A DNA stretch of 64,000 nt from Pseudovirgaria hyperparasitica (Eukaryota). Under the pieces are notes generated by a model that was given only the letters and a program-made list of their open reading frames with translations, made no database searches and was not told the DNA's origin. The translations under genes and the position numbers were made by a program. The DNA is taken from NCBI GenBank assembly GCA_010093815.1, contig ML996579.1; one strand, written 5' to 3'. Positions 1 through 12,773 of this stretch are shown here, piece after piece (the stretch's first letter is position 1; the number at the start of each line of letters is the position of its first letter).

Positions 1-909
1 CATGCGACTCGTGCTTGGACTTTGCGCTCCTGCATTCTCCAACGGCTCATCATCGTCATCGGCCTCGTCAAACGTACGCTTATTGTTCTGGGGTGGGTCA
101 CACGTTAACATTCGACTCGAACTTGCGGCTGGTTCTTCTTGTCTCCCGTTACCAGACGGACTGTTGTCATCGGTATCAGGACCATGTTCTTCAAGATCTT
201 GCACCAAGTCGGACGTGAGCAGACGACTGGCCTCCTCTATCCGATTCTCAATTCTGCCCTCCCCATGACTCGTGCCCCCTGAGACGGTTCGGTTCGAAAT
301 ACTGCCCGAGAAATCGCGATTATGGGCCCAGGAACTCGAGTCAGAAGGTGTACGCTGGGAATCCTTCCCCGAAGCAGAGTGAGCAGTGGTGGGATCGATT
401 CCTGAACTTGAGATGACTCTCATGAAGTCGTTAAAAGCCCTGCGACGTAGCTCGTCCTCGGCAGCAGATCCGTTTCCCAAAGCTGCGACGTTGCCGGTGG
501 ATGTTTTTAGCACATCAACATCCATATCGTCGTCGATGTCTGCAGCATCCCAGCTCTCGTAGTCGTTGGGGTCGGGCAATTCTTGATCTGAATCTTGATG
601 GCCATCGGCGAGGTCGTTGTTCTGCTCAACATGGTCTTCTACTGTGGGTTGGCTGTGTTGCTGTTGTGTTCGGTTACGGTCGTGATCCTCCTCTTCTAGA
701 TATTCCGCGTCGAGAAGATTAGCATCGCTAAGCTCCTGTACATTCTCGACTTCGGGTTCCAAGTGGTCAGTACTCACGAGTTCGGAAGCCTGAGTATAGG
801 TCTGGTTGATTTGGTGGGACATAGACGTGTAAGTATTTGGCTGACCATCACTACCTTGATCTGCTTGCAAGTTGCGCGAAGGGAGTTCCCAGCTGGCTGG
901 TTGAACCAT
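1..909 (-). CDS. Hypothetical acidic, low-complexity protein; 5' part only, runs off the window's left edge
   Basis: Manual translation of the minus strand gives an uninterrupted frame from ATG 909 (MVQPASWELPSRNLQ...ELVSTDHLEPEVENVQELSDANLLDAEYLEEED...) to position 1. It is absent from the ORF track because no stop lies in the window. An extra upstream exon is possible. Confidence 0.6.
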   Translation of the reverse strand, partial: MVQPASWELPSRNLQADQGSDGQPNTYTSMSHQINQTYTQASELVSTDHLEPEVENVQELSDANLLDAEYLEEEDHDRNRTQQQHSQPTVEDHVEQNNDLADGHQDSDQELPDPNDYESWDAADIDDDMDVDVLKTSTGNVAALGNGSAAEDELRRRAFNDFMRVISSSGIDPTTAHSASGKDSQRTPSDSSSWAHNRDFSGSISNRTVSGGTSHGEGRIENRIEEASRLLTSDLVQDLEEHGPDTDDNSPSGNGRQEEPAASSSRMLTCDPPQNNKRTFDEADDDDEPLENAGAQSPSTSRM

Positions 910-2540
910 GGCTGTTGACTACTAGTATATAGGTGTGTGTCAGGCAGTGGAGTGTCGCTGTCGCGAGGTGGCTGGTTCGAAGTGCACTCCATGGCTTGTA
1001 TTTTGAGGTTGACGACGACCGAGGCGGAGACAATAGCAACAATAGCAAAGACACACAATACTAAGGAAAGTCTTGGCAGTGTTGTGTGTTGAGTTGAAAG
1101 TGAATGGACACGCGGGAAGTAGCTACCAGTCACTATCAGGTAACAGGACGGTGAGAAGGCACGGCCAGCACAGGCATTGTGACGACAAGAAGCTCCGATC
1201 ATGGTGCACTCGACCACGCATTATCACACTCGTCGCCAGCCATGCAGGAGCCAGTATTGTTGTTTAAGTGCAATAAGTGAAGCTGCTTGTAAGTCAATAG
1301 TCGCTGAGGCGTTGGAGTGCCGCTGACTAATTAAGGACGGTACGTATGGACCTCCCGGTCAAAGGACTCCGTAGAGCCCGGACAAAACAAGGTACCCATG
1401 TATTATATATGTACATAAGCAGCACAGCCACAGGAGCCACACCCCGCATCTCCAGAGCTTTCTTTTTCCTGTTGCGACCGTCTCTGGTATCTTCTATCTG
1501 GCCGGTCTGCTTGTCTGCCTGAGCGCCTGACAGCCTGACAGCCTGACAGCCTAACAGCTTGAGAGCCTGAGCACCCCATTCGGCCTCAGAGTCATTAGTG
1601 CACCAACATCCAACCATGCATCCGTCCAGCCGCTCAATTAGCAGTCGGGGATATAAAGTCTAATTGCTACAAGCGTTGAGCAGCACCATCTAATATTAAA
1701 ATTATTGTTGTTGTCATTGCGAAGCGCTTTGGTCACTCCGCTTGCTGTTTGCTGCTTGCTGGAACTGACGCGTTGGGACAGGGATGGGATTAGTGCCTGC
1801 ATTCATCCCGTCCCTCATCGTATTCCGGCGCAAATTTCGAATCGTTTGTATTGTAGAATGCATTCAGTTGTCGTGCTGGGCCGATTCGACCAGATGACGC
1901 AGCTTGTATACAAGATAGATACTGCTGCATATGTCGCGCAAGAAGTAGATTGATGCTATCAGTCACATGCCCCAGTGGCACAGCAATTCGTTCTTCCCAG
2001 GGACCATCACGAGACGCACTTTGAGGCAGGCTGAGGTCATACTCGTAACGTCGACGCCAGATTTTAGGAACGTAGAAGCGATGCTGCCATGCATTAGCTG
2101 CCCACAAACCCCCCGCACAGACACTTTTGACGGGGAAGATGGGCGGAGACGGGGTGGAGCTTGGTCCCTCAATCCACACATTACATTAGACATCCATCCA
2201 CTTGGACGGGTTCCAGCCTCTCGCTTTCCACCTCTCTACACTACTACATCATAACATCCCCGTTTCGTCCTCATACTTAACTCTCCTCTATCCCCCTTCT
2301 CATCCTTGCTCTGCAGCTCCACCGTCAACATTGGTCTGTTGCCGCCCACACGAGTCCCACCATCTCCCGTCCCTGATCTCCCGCCGCTCCACCCTCCCCT
2401 CCCACCTACCTCGCTGCAGAGAGCTCTCTCTCCCGAGGTCTCTTCTTATCAAAGATCAATTGCTCTACACAACCGAGTATATTGTATCGCCCCCGACAGC
2501 TTCATTCATCTTATACTTCTGACGAAGACGACTAACCATC

Positions 2541-4913
2541 ATGTCTGCCCCACAGATACCCTTCAGAACGAGAGAGATGGGTGACTCTCAGCCGAGAGAC
2601 GTCGCTAACCACGTCCTCTTTGAGGTCGCAACTGAGGTTGCCAATCGAGGTACGGATGTTATGAAGTGCTGCCGTTGCGGACTGGTGCTGATCTGTAATA
2701 GTGGGTGGCATCTACTCGGTCTTGAAGTCCAAGGCCCAGGTCACGACTGCTGAGTATGGCTCTGCCTATACGTTGCTAGGGCCGTGGAACCGGTCGTCGG
2801 TAAGCATATAATTGGCACGTACCTTGCAAATACTCAGCTGATCTTGTTGATGGACAGGCACAAGTCGAGGTCGAAGAGCTCGAACCGAAAGACCCCGCCC
2901 TGGTCAAGACGATCCAGTCTATGAACGAGCGAGGCATCCAGACATTATATGGTCGTTGGCTGATTGACGGTGCTCCTAGAGTGCTTTTGTTCGATACTGG
3001 CACTGGGTATAGCTATCTGGATGAATGGAAGGGCGATCTGTGGAATGTCGCTGGTATCCCATCCCCGCCGAATGACGCCGAGACCAACGAGACGATTGTG
3101 TTTGGGTACCTGATAGCTTGGTTCCTGGGAGAGGTTAGTCATGAACGAAGCCATGCAGACCTGAGACAACCATATACTGACAAAGGATAGTACGTCTACC
3201 ATGAGAAGCGCAGAGCTGTTATTGCCCAGTTTCACGAATGGCTTGCTGGTGTCGCCATTCCTCTCTGCAAGAAACGTCGTATCGATGTCACCACCATCTT
3301 CACTACTCACGCCACCCTCCTCGGACGTTACCTCTGCGCCGGTTCTGTCGACTTCTACAACAATCTTCAATACTTTGACGTTGATGCGGAAGCTGGCAAA
3401 CGCGGCATCTACCACAGGTACTGCATCGAGCGGGCCGCCACCCACTCTGCGGACGTCTTCACTACCGTTTCTCACATAACAGCCTACGAGAGCGAGCATC
3501 TACTGAAACGGAAGCCTGATGGCGTGCTTCCCAATGGACTGAATGTCAAGAAGTTCTCCGCCACTCACGAGTTCCAAAACTTGCACGAGCAGGCCAAGCA
3601 AAAGATTGGTGACTTCGTGCGCGGGCATTTCTACGGTCACAACGACTTTGATCCGGAAAACACCCTGTACTTCTTCACTGCTGGCCGATATGAATACCGT
3701 AATAAGGGTGTGGACATGTTCATTGAATCATTGGCACGACTGAACCACCAGATGAAGAGCGCCGGATCCAACATGACTGTGGTCGCCTTCATCATCATGC
3801 CTGCCCAGACGCAGTCTCTTACTGTAGAAGCGCTAAAGGGTCAGGCAGTCATCAAGTCACTCCGTGACACTATTAAGATCATCGAGGAGAATGTCGGCAA
3901 GCGGCTGTTTGAGCGCGCACTGCTCTGGCACGAGGGATCAGAAGTTCCAGAGGACAAGGAGCTGCTCACGTCGCAAGATAAGATCATGCTGAGGCGTCGT
4001 CTATTCGCCATGAAGCGACACACTCTGCCGCCCATTGTCACACATAACATGGTCAACGACTCCGAGGACCCCATCCTGAACCAGATCCGCCGCTGCCAGC
4101 TGTTCAATCACCCCTCCGACCGTGTCAAGATCGTCTTCCACCCCGAATTCCTCAACGCCAACAACCCGGTCCTGCCTATGGACTACGACGACTTTGTTCG
4201 GGGAACGCACATGGGTGTGTTCTCCTCCTACTACGAACCCTGGGGTTACACGCCTGCTGAATGTACGGTCATGGGCGTGCCGAGCATCACTACCAACTTG
4301 TCTGGCTTCGGCTGCTACATGGAGGAGCTGATCGAGAACGCCTCAGACTACGGCATCTACATCGTCGACCGCCGTATGAAGGGCGTTGACGACTCTGTCA
4401 ACCAGCTGGCAGACTACATGTTTGAATTCACAAAGAAGTCCAAGCGCCAGCGCATCAACCAGCGCAACCGCACCGAGCGTCTGTCAGACCTGCTCGACTG
4501 GAAGCGCATGGGCATGGAGTATGTCAAGGCACGCCAGCTTGCCCTAAGACGTGCATACCCAGCCGCGTTCGAGGAGGGCGACGAGCCGGACTTCTTCTCG
4601 TCTGCTGAGCACAAGATCTCGCGGCCGCTGAGCGAGCCGGGCAGTCCACGAGACCGGAGCGGTATGATGACGCCCGGAGATTTTGCGAGCATCCAAGAGG
4701 GACGGGAGGGCTTGAGCACGGAGGACTACATTGCGTGGAAGTTGCCGTAAGTCGACCTCGAACAACCTGAGTGTAGATAAGAAATGCTGACGGTTGTACA
4801 GGGAGGAAGAAGACCCAGAGGAATACCCATTCCCGCTGACCCTTAAGCAAAAGAAGGTCGCTGCCGATGCCGCCGCAACAGTCCCAACGACAAACGGGGC
4901 TTCCAAGTCATAA
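2541..4913 (+). CDS. GSY1: Glycogen [starch] synthase (GT3), 5 exons
   Basis: Motifs [56 protein letters not shown] and C-terminal SEPGSPR. GT-AG introns start near 2650, 2800, 3133 and 4747; the last exon [15 protein letters not shown] ends at TAA 4913. Confidence 0.97.
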
Positions 4914-5599
4914 CGCTAGATACATGGCCAAGTAGGATAGAGCTACAACAGAGGATACAGTACGTTGGGGGGTCTATTAATTCTGCTCACCATCTGATAC
5001 ATACATATATGTTGTTGTTGATGCATTTGCGCTCCTTTTTTTTCTGGTCTGCCTCCTCCCCTGCTGAAGGCGGGAGGGGGTGTGTTGGGGGGAGAAGGTC
5101 ATCGGACGGGAACCTTGTGGCATAGCCTGCGCTTCTTCTTCTTCATGTTCTTCTATCGTTGAAAGATCTTTTCTTTTGTAACAATCATATACTATTCGAT
5201 CTTTTATTTACCACCTCCACATGGTTCAATCCACGGGGCTTAAACGTGTGTGTGTCGCCGTAGTAGTGTGGACGTCCCAAGCGTCTTTTCGTCTGTGTTG
5301 GTGTGGGTGCGTATGTGTGTGTGTGTGGGCAGAGTGAATGGTGAATTTGTTCATGGGAATGAATGGGTGTCACGTATACGCCGTCCGTCATGTCCATCCA
5401 TCTGTCTACCCGTCCGTCGTCCTCATGCCTCATTCCATATATGCCGGGTACGTAGGTAGACATGTAGACAATATACCAGCTACGTCTACGTCTATATGTA
5501 TACTCCCTCCCACCCATTCCTCCTTGTTCTCTTCCCTTGTTTCCCCTTCATTCCACCCTCGCACCCGGCGCGCATCGTTCAGATCAGATCCAATAATGC

Positions 5600-5638
5600 C
5601 TAGTCTGGTCTGGTCTGGTCTAGTCTGGTCTAGTCTGG
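5600..5638. repeat. (TCTGG/TCTAG)n pentanucleotide microsatellite
   Basis: tagtctggtctggtctggtctagtctggtctagtctgg. Confidence 0.85.
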
Positions 5639-5883
5639 CGGTGTGGGGCTTGTGTGCTTGTGCTACATAGGAAAGCTGGGATGTGTGTGGGCAGGTTTGC
5701 GGGTGTGTTTGTGGGTGGATTCGGAATGGAGGGATGGCTTGGAAGATAGGAGAAGATGGGGTTGGTGTTGGTGTTTGGTTTTGGGTGAGGGGTGGTTTGG
5801 GGGTGGTGGTGGTGATGGACATTGGGGGGTGGTGATGGTGATGAGCATCATTGTATGTGTCTATGAGCGAGTGAGTGAATTCT

Positions 5884-6021
5884 CACATGTGGGTGTGGAA
5901 GAGGCACGTAGAGACACCATGTGCACGGGAGGAGGCACACATAGGCACCATGTGCACGGGAGGAGGCACACATAAGCACCATGTGCACGGGAGGAGGCAC
6001 ACATATAGGCAGCATGTGCAT
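5884..6021. repeat. 31-bp minisatellite: 3 near-perfect copies plus degenerate flanking copies
   Basis: Unit CACCATGTGCACGGGAGGAGGCACACATARG starts at 5915, 5946 and 5977, with degenerate copies at ~5884 and ~6010. Confidence 0.9.
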
Positions 6022-8098
6022 GTAACAGACATGTACCCACAGTGTCGACACGAGAGACAGATATCCCGTAGTTTTGAGATGAGTGGCATATCGACATGGT
6101 AGTGGTAGTGATGGTGGTGGTGGTGGTATAGATATATATACTATGTTATATAGACGTAGGTGCTGGGTACGTATACCTAGTAGCCGGGTACGTATACCTA
6201 GTCGAATGGCCAGGTAAGTAGTAGGTGCCGTGTGACCTGTGACCTGTGACGTATACCCAACACACACATAACAAACCTACCGGGTATGTTAGTTAGTAGG
6301 TCAGACATCGCTACCACACGGCAAACTTGTATCCGTATCTATTTGTATGTATATATAAGGGCCTATAATCATGTCTGGGAAATATTCTTCTACTTGCCTA
6401 CAACCACATGGCGCATTACAGATAGGGACAATGGTATACATGGGTTGGTTCAAAAGGTTGATGCTGAGACGGCATGTTTGTTTGTTTGTTTGGTTGGTTG
6501 GTATAGTAGCTATGATGGGTGGTGCAGCACTGGGCTATCAAAAGACAAAGCGAGGACGATGGTGTTGGGTTGCTAGGGGGTGGTGATGATGTGTGTTAAA
6601 GATGGAGAGTAATGAGTATTATTAGTGGATGTGTTAGGGGGTGATAATGACAACGATCATGATTGAAATAATAACAATGATGATCCGCACCACCACGACT
6701 CCCGTTTCACAACCACATGTGCCTCTCCCGTCATACTACCGACAGACCAGCAGAGCTACACAGCGCAGCTTATCTCAGCCCGAGTCGTGATGATTGATCA
6801 ATCAAGATTCAGTCTTGTGTTTTATAGTGGTGCTTGTGCTGTATTGACTGCCGGGTGTGCTTGTGGAGAAGTGTCTGTTACAAGAGCGGTATATGCTATG
6901 TTCACTGGTCTGTTTGTCCTTGTCTCCCTTTCACGAAGGAAGCTCTAGTTTGCCACACTCAAAGCGCATCTCGGAGGTTGAACGAAGCAAGCCTCCTAGG
7001 CTTGTATTGTATTATCTACGGAATGATTCCTTCAGGGGTTCGATTGTGAGAATTTTCAGTGTCACTGAAAGGTATACTGTGAGCAAACCTCTTCCCTCCT
7101 CAGACTCGATCCTCACCTGAGACGTCTGGATTCCTCCATATATGACATCACAGCACACGTCTGAACAGCCACCAGGATTGAGAATGCCCTGAATCTTTCA
7201 ATATCAAGGCTATGCATACTCCCATCCCATTCAGAACGCAGATCCCCCTCCACAACATCGTTCGAGGTCACGCTAAGTTTCTCACATACATCGCGTCTAA
7301 TAATATCAGGAGACAGGATTGGATATATCCCTCTAGTGAGTCGCCTTTATACCTGGAAGGACCGAGGAGTTCCAGTCGCCTTCTCTGCTGCTCTGTGGTC
7401 TTGTCGGCGAGGAAGACTGTGCTGCGCTGACAGCATGTCACTCACTCATGATGTTGCAGTATGCTGTTTGCATTGACTTCACTTTGAACGACGCTCTGAT
7501 TTGTGGCTACGCAGCTTCAGTCACGCTTCATGGGAAGACCTAGTATATGCCTTATGACTTACTCCTTAGCTGGTGGTAGTCCTCTTAATTCGAGCCGACT
7601 AAGCATATTGTTGTCCTTTGAGAACGCTCGCTCCTCTTCGCACAATGAGTCTACACGTCGGTTGCTATAGACAATGTCTGTGTCTTCCTGCTCGGGGATC
7701 TGTATGTCGCTCTCACCTGACTCCTGACTCACTAACCGCCCATCGATCTCAACTCAAACTCGTCGCTTCGAGGCCAGGTACGACTGACGCAGTAAAGATG
7801 GCTTGAAGATGGCGTCATAGAGAGTTAGCTCCAGTGCGTATATAAGCACAGCGCGGAGAACGTATTGGGATTGATAAGTTGCGCCACCCAGGCTGCAGTG
7901 CGACCGTACACATGATCACAAGCAAGATTTGACGCTCATTGAGCCGGATGAATCAATTCTCCATGAGTCTGCGGGCAAGTTCCTGAACTGAAAAGACTGC
8001 TTGGGTATTTTCCATGGTACAATATTGCTCCATCCTTTTGTACGCCTAGTAATGCTCGATAGTCTGAAGAACACCGTGCTCCGTCGCCTCACGCCAGC

Positions 8099-9385
8099 TT
8101 AGTTCCATTTCTTTGCTTCCATACCATCTGGTGGGCTCGTCTCAACCTTGCCCTTCGATACCTCTGCCCAGTTCGTACTTAGCGCCGTTCCGTTGCTCTC
8201 TTGGTAGCTCTTCATCATCGCTTTGCGTGTGTCAGGGTCTGCATCGGCGAACAACTTCTTGAAGAAGAAGTTGACGTCGTCACCGCCATCCTCAAGATCT
8301 AGGTCATCGTATTCCTCCTTATTCTGACCCTTCTCGCCCTCCTTGGGCTCTTTCCTTGTCGCTTCTTTCACGACCTTGTCCCAGTCTTTCGGCCCTTTGC
8401 GTGAGGAGGTTGGATATGCGGGTGCGGAAGGTCTACCTGTGAGGACTTCCTGTGGTATCCTGGGCGCGGGGGTCGGCGCTGTACTACCATCGTCTACGCC
8501 TTCGAGGCGCTTCCAGTACCCCGGGCTGACCTTCTTGAGGACGACGAAGATCTTATTGGGTGTGACTGAGTAGCTTGACTGTGAGGGATCAATGGCCGAG
8601 AATAGTGGATCGACGTTGTATTCATATGTAGAGGAGCTGTCAGCCAATGGGAAGTTGATGGACACAGATCGCTCTTGGATGTCTACAACGGCTTGGTCTT
8701 TGGGCACCCCTCGAGCGTTCAGCAGTTCAATAGTCATGTTTTCTTGGTTCTCGAGCCAGGTCGGTTTGATCTTCTTGACATCAGTACTGCTTATAGGCTT
8801 TGGAGCAGCTGCGGCGGGTGCTGGTGCAGTGGCAGCTTTCGGTGCCGTTTGAGGAGCTGCGGTAGCTGAGACATTGGCATCGGGAACGTCTTCCACAGTG
8901 ACAGTCACAGCTTGTTCGAGTTTTTTCTTTTCCTCTTCGGTGAGGCCCTCACTGTTCTGCAGCCCCTCCTTGGCGGTCTTTATACCTTTGGTGATTTTCT
9001 GTTCCCATATTTGAAGCAGCACGACCTTCTTCTTTGCTTTGTCAGAGCTCTTCTCCATGTTCACATCGTGCATCTTCTTCACAATCTTATATACATATTC
9101 CGCATCTGCATACCTCTCTAGTCCATAGAGACATATAAACCGCTGCTGCTGAGATTCGAAAATTGCCTCGCGCCTCTGACGGGTTGTAGCCAGATTGACA
9201 GCTTTGTCTGCGTCTGCTAGAGCCTGGACACGATTCGGAGGGCTTCTTCGATGGCTTGCCTGCGAGCGAGCTATGTAGTAGTCGACAGCATTGGGCTGTT
9301 TAGCAATAGCTTTGGTGTATAGTTCGATAGCTTCATCATACTGTTTGGCTTCGAGAGCTATCTTTCCCAGTTGTGCTTCGTCCAT
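8099..9385 (-). CDS. SGT1: SGT1 Hsp90 co-chaperone (TPR-CS-SGS)
   Basis: N-terminal TPR-like helices, a CS domain, YPTSSRKGPKDWDK, and the SGS signature FFKKLFADADPDTRKAMMKSYQESNGTALSTNW. Confidence 0.95.
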   Translation of the reverse strand: MDEAQLGKIALEAKQYDEAIELYTKAIAKQPNAVDYYIARSQASHRRSPPNRVQALADADKAVNLATTRQRREAIFESQQQRFICLYGLERYADAEYVYKIVKKMHDVNMEKSSDKAKKKVVLLQIWEQKITKGIKTAKEGLQNSEGLTEEEKKKLEQAVTVTVEDVPDANVSATAAPQTAPKAATAPAPAAAAPKPISSTDVKKIKPTWLENQENMTIELLNARGVPKDQAVVDIQERSVSINFPLADSSSTYEYNVDPLFSAIDPSQSSYSVTPNKIFVVLKKVSPGYWKRLEGVDDGSTAPTPAPRIPQEVLTGRPSAPAYPTSSRKGPKDWDKVVKEATRKEPKEGEKGQNKEEYDDLDLEDGGDDVNFFFKKLFADADPDTRKAMMKSYQESNGTALSTNWAEVSKGKVETSPPDGMEAKKWN

Positions 9386-9872
9386 GGCGGAGTCTTTCTG
9401 TCGGAATGAATGTGGAGGTCTAACGAATAGATACCCGATATGCTCAGCCTAAAAAGAGTGATCGTGAAAGAATGGTGCTGGAACATTCCAAGAGTTGCCT
9501 GCAACGGCACGTCAGTGCAGGTGGGGCAGTATCCGTTGTGTTAAAGCTTAAGTAACGCACGGACTTTCCATGAAACGTAAACGTAAATATATCACTGCAT
9601 TCTGGAGAATCTTGATTGCTGTGGAAAGAAATTTATCTCAGCCTACTTGGAGAAGTATGGCGAGCCTACTACCACTTTGTCCAAGCAGTAGTCATAGAAT
9701 GCTAACATGGCGGCATTGCAAGCACCGTAGTGCTAAATTGGGACTTGGAGCTAACTCGAAGAGGTCAAGTCAAAACTGGTCTGAACGTCCTGTTGCACTT
9801 GTTTTTATATTGCGAGATTACATCCCTGGACTCTTCAAACCATGTCCATCTCCGTACATCCCTTGAACCAGG

Positions 9873-10303
9873 ATGAGCAGTCGGTTTGTAGCCTTGATAC
9901 GAACTCATCACATCACATCTCGTAAAAAGGTTGCCACGCTCAAAAAGGCAGCAGACAAACTTGAATGTCACGTCCTTCTAAGGAGCGGGAGCTACCCAGG
10001 GATGATGTACTGCGAGGGCACTGAGGAACGCGTGAGTGAGTGGATAGCAACGGTGAAGGTGGGTTTGATGACCCTTCGGACTGGCAACTGGCCCTGACCA
10101 TTTGTAAGCGATTACGATACAAGGACTACAGACTGATGGCTCGACCGCAAGACAGCGCTATGGTCGAGGATTGTTCGCAACCTAAGAATACCAGTGGTCT
10201 TGAGGAAGTTGCCTCTGTGAGTGAATTTGGTTCGCGCATGGAAAGGAATGGCCTCAGAGAGTGGTATCGCAAGGCCATGGGCTATGTTCAGGACGACGAG
10301 TAG
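9873..10303 (+). CDS. Small conserved protein, DUF1115/RWDD2 C-terminal-like, 2 exons
   Basis: HHITSRKK...SGSYPGMMYCEG joins RLRYKDY...EFGSRMERNGLREWYRKAMG in frame through an intron at 10059-10108 (GTGGGT...CTGAC...AAG). The family is recalled from the motif pattern. Confidence 0.65.
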
Positions 10304-10913
10304 ATGGAAAGGGGCCATTGGTCGAATAGCAAACCGACCTTGCAGATGGAAAGTCATTTTTCTTGGCAGTCCTTCATGTCGAAACGCTGACAAGGCTGTG
10401 AAGAACCTGAAGACTATCCTCACTTCAAGCGGTCTAGATCAAGACGGGGATTCCATTGTCCCATTACTATGGCAGACGATAGCTGGGTCAAACACACGTT
10501 GAGGATGCGACTATCACTATTATGCAGAGGTTATAGCCCTGTTGGATCGATCCGAAAGCTTTCTTAAGCAGTTGAAGAACCTCGAGCTCTTCCGGAGTCT
10601 TAGCTATATTCGCCTTGGACTCGGCTGCAGTTGGTGAGCGAGTGAAGAATCGCACTGGAGCCTCAAGCGCCCATGAAACCAAGACAGGAGCGTAAATTTC
10701 TGGCATCTATGCACAGATGAAAGCGACATCCTCTGGCTCACGAGCATTACGTTGTGTTTGACTATGCTATCGGGACTCTGAAGAATGCAATTTGAGGACT
10801 GTACGTTTTAACCTCGAAGCACTCGTCTCACATATTTGTATTTTTAGCACATGTATCGACACGTGCTAGCGGTATTTACATTAGAGCCCTGGTATGTTTC
10901 TTTTACATGTCAC

Positions 10914-12232
10914 TTATAACTTAGCTTTGTTATCAGCCAACTCCAATGCCCCTTCCACTTCTTTGTATTGCATTCCCTTCTGCCACCCTATCCAAGACTT
11001 CAACAACCCTTCGCCTCCTGTCCCAGGCATGAGTCCTCCACTGGTCCATCCGTTTCCCTTCACACCTTTCCCTTGGCCTACAGCAGCAGGGCGACCCTCT
11101 GGCCCTTGCTGTATGGCAAAACCGGGGGTACTTTTGAGCGTCACTGCTGGCCTATGGTCGTAGCCTCGCTCTTCTAACTCTGAGTGTGTGAAGACTGGAG
11201 TACAGCACGCGTCTGTGCCATCAAATATCCGCTCCCATTGCGCACGCGTCTTTGTCATAAATGTGCCTGTAAATAATCTCTTCAAGTACGGCCACGTCTT
11301 TTTGTCTTCCCGTGGCCCTGGCAGATCCTCCCTCTTAATCCCCAAACCCTTCAAGAACGCTGCGAAAAACTGCGGCTCTAAACAACCTCTAAATTGCTGT
11401 CAGCACCCTCAGCCCACACAAAGCCACGGACACAACTCACACCGCCATAAATTTCCCATCGAGCGTCTCATACGTATCGTAATATGGACACCCGCCATCT
11501 AAAACGTTCGTCCCCCGTTCGTCCCCCCACATCGGCGTCTTGAGATTAAACCGCGGCATACTATTCAGCACCGCACTCCCATCGACCATATTTGCCTCCA
11601 CAACCTGGCCCCTCCCACCCCTCTCCCGCTCAATCAACGCCAGCAAAATCCCCATAAAGCACATCGCCCCACCGCCCGCAAAATCACCGAGCAGGTTCCC
11701 TGGCGGCAGCGGCTTCTCACCCTTGCGCCCCAGCATACTAAGCACGCCCGAGACGGCAATGTAGTTGATGTCATGACCCGCCATATCCTTGTACTTCCCG
11801 TCGCGGCGGAAGCCTGTCATGCGCGCGACAATCAGACGTGGGTTCAGCTTGCATAGCACGTCTTCGGGGCCGAGACCCAGTTTTTCGAGCACGCCGGGGC
11901 GAAAGGGGTCTATCACAACATCAACGTGTGGGATGAGGGCCTTGAGGAGTGCGGTGCCGGAGGGCGATTTGAGGTTTATGCAGATGGAAGATTTATGGCG
12001 TGTCAGTTGGTCGCCGGTCGGGGCGGGAGAACGGTCGATGCGCAGGACGGACGCGCCATAGTCGGCGAGGAGGAGGCCTGCAAAGGGGCCCGGGGCGAGG
12101 CCGGCGAATTCCTGGGATGGTGAGTAGGTAGTTCATTATCAGAAAAGTATCCTTCGGGGGTCCGCTGGGTAGTGATCGTGATTGGAGACCTACTAGGACT
12201 TTGATCCCTGCGAGGGGTGGGGGAGAAGTCAT
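10914..12232 (-). CDS. CoA-transferase family III / alpha-methylacyl-CoA racemase, 3 exons
   Basis: [66 protein letters not shown]. The C-terminal -AKL is a PTS1-like peroxisomal signal. Confidence 0.93.
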
Positions 12233-12773
12233 TCTGGAATATCACAGGAAAACGAATACTGAGAGAGAGGCAGAATGTTGAAGTGGCTTCTACAGCTACA
12301 GGATTTGTATATACATGTATATAAGCAGTAGCGTGTATGTTATGTTTGCGGTTGCGGTAATGCACGGGTATAAGGACGGCGAGGTGTCGGAGCTTGAGCT
12401 TGAGCTTCACTGTGGGGTCTGGGGAAACCGAGGTCTGCTTTGGGCCTACTCGGTTGAGCCTTGTTGTCTATGCGATCTCTGATTGGTAGATTAGAGACAA
12501 AAAGGGTAAGTTGCAGCCCTGATGGGGTCATTCGACATCGTGCGCGAACCTAAATCTTGGGAACAGAAACGTCCGTACAGCAAGTATCGTAATGCTCCAC
12601 CACCCACTCTGATGCACTGCTATCATATGGCCAGATTGGCGACATCAGATTTATACTTTGGCTTATCATACGTCTGCATACTACTCTCTGGGTCTAATGT
12701 CTCTGAGTCACTGACGGAAAGATAGACCTGTCTGTATGCAGCATAAGTGCAGGCATGATATTGTGAAGCTCTT

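Noticed and set aside
774..1217. 147-aa ORF in the ORF track
   Set aside because: It overlaps the more convincing acidic ORF (909 to <1) in another frame and has no coding hallmarks.
5884..6021. 31-bp repeats as a CRISPR array
   Set aside because: The units are directly adjacent with no unique spacers, there are no cas genes, and the context is eukaryotic. It is a minisatellite.
10488..10706. 72-aa minus-strand ORF downstream of the racemase gene
   Set aside because: No recognisable motif and stops on either side; unsupported.
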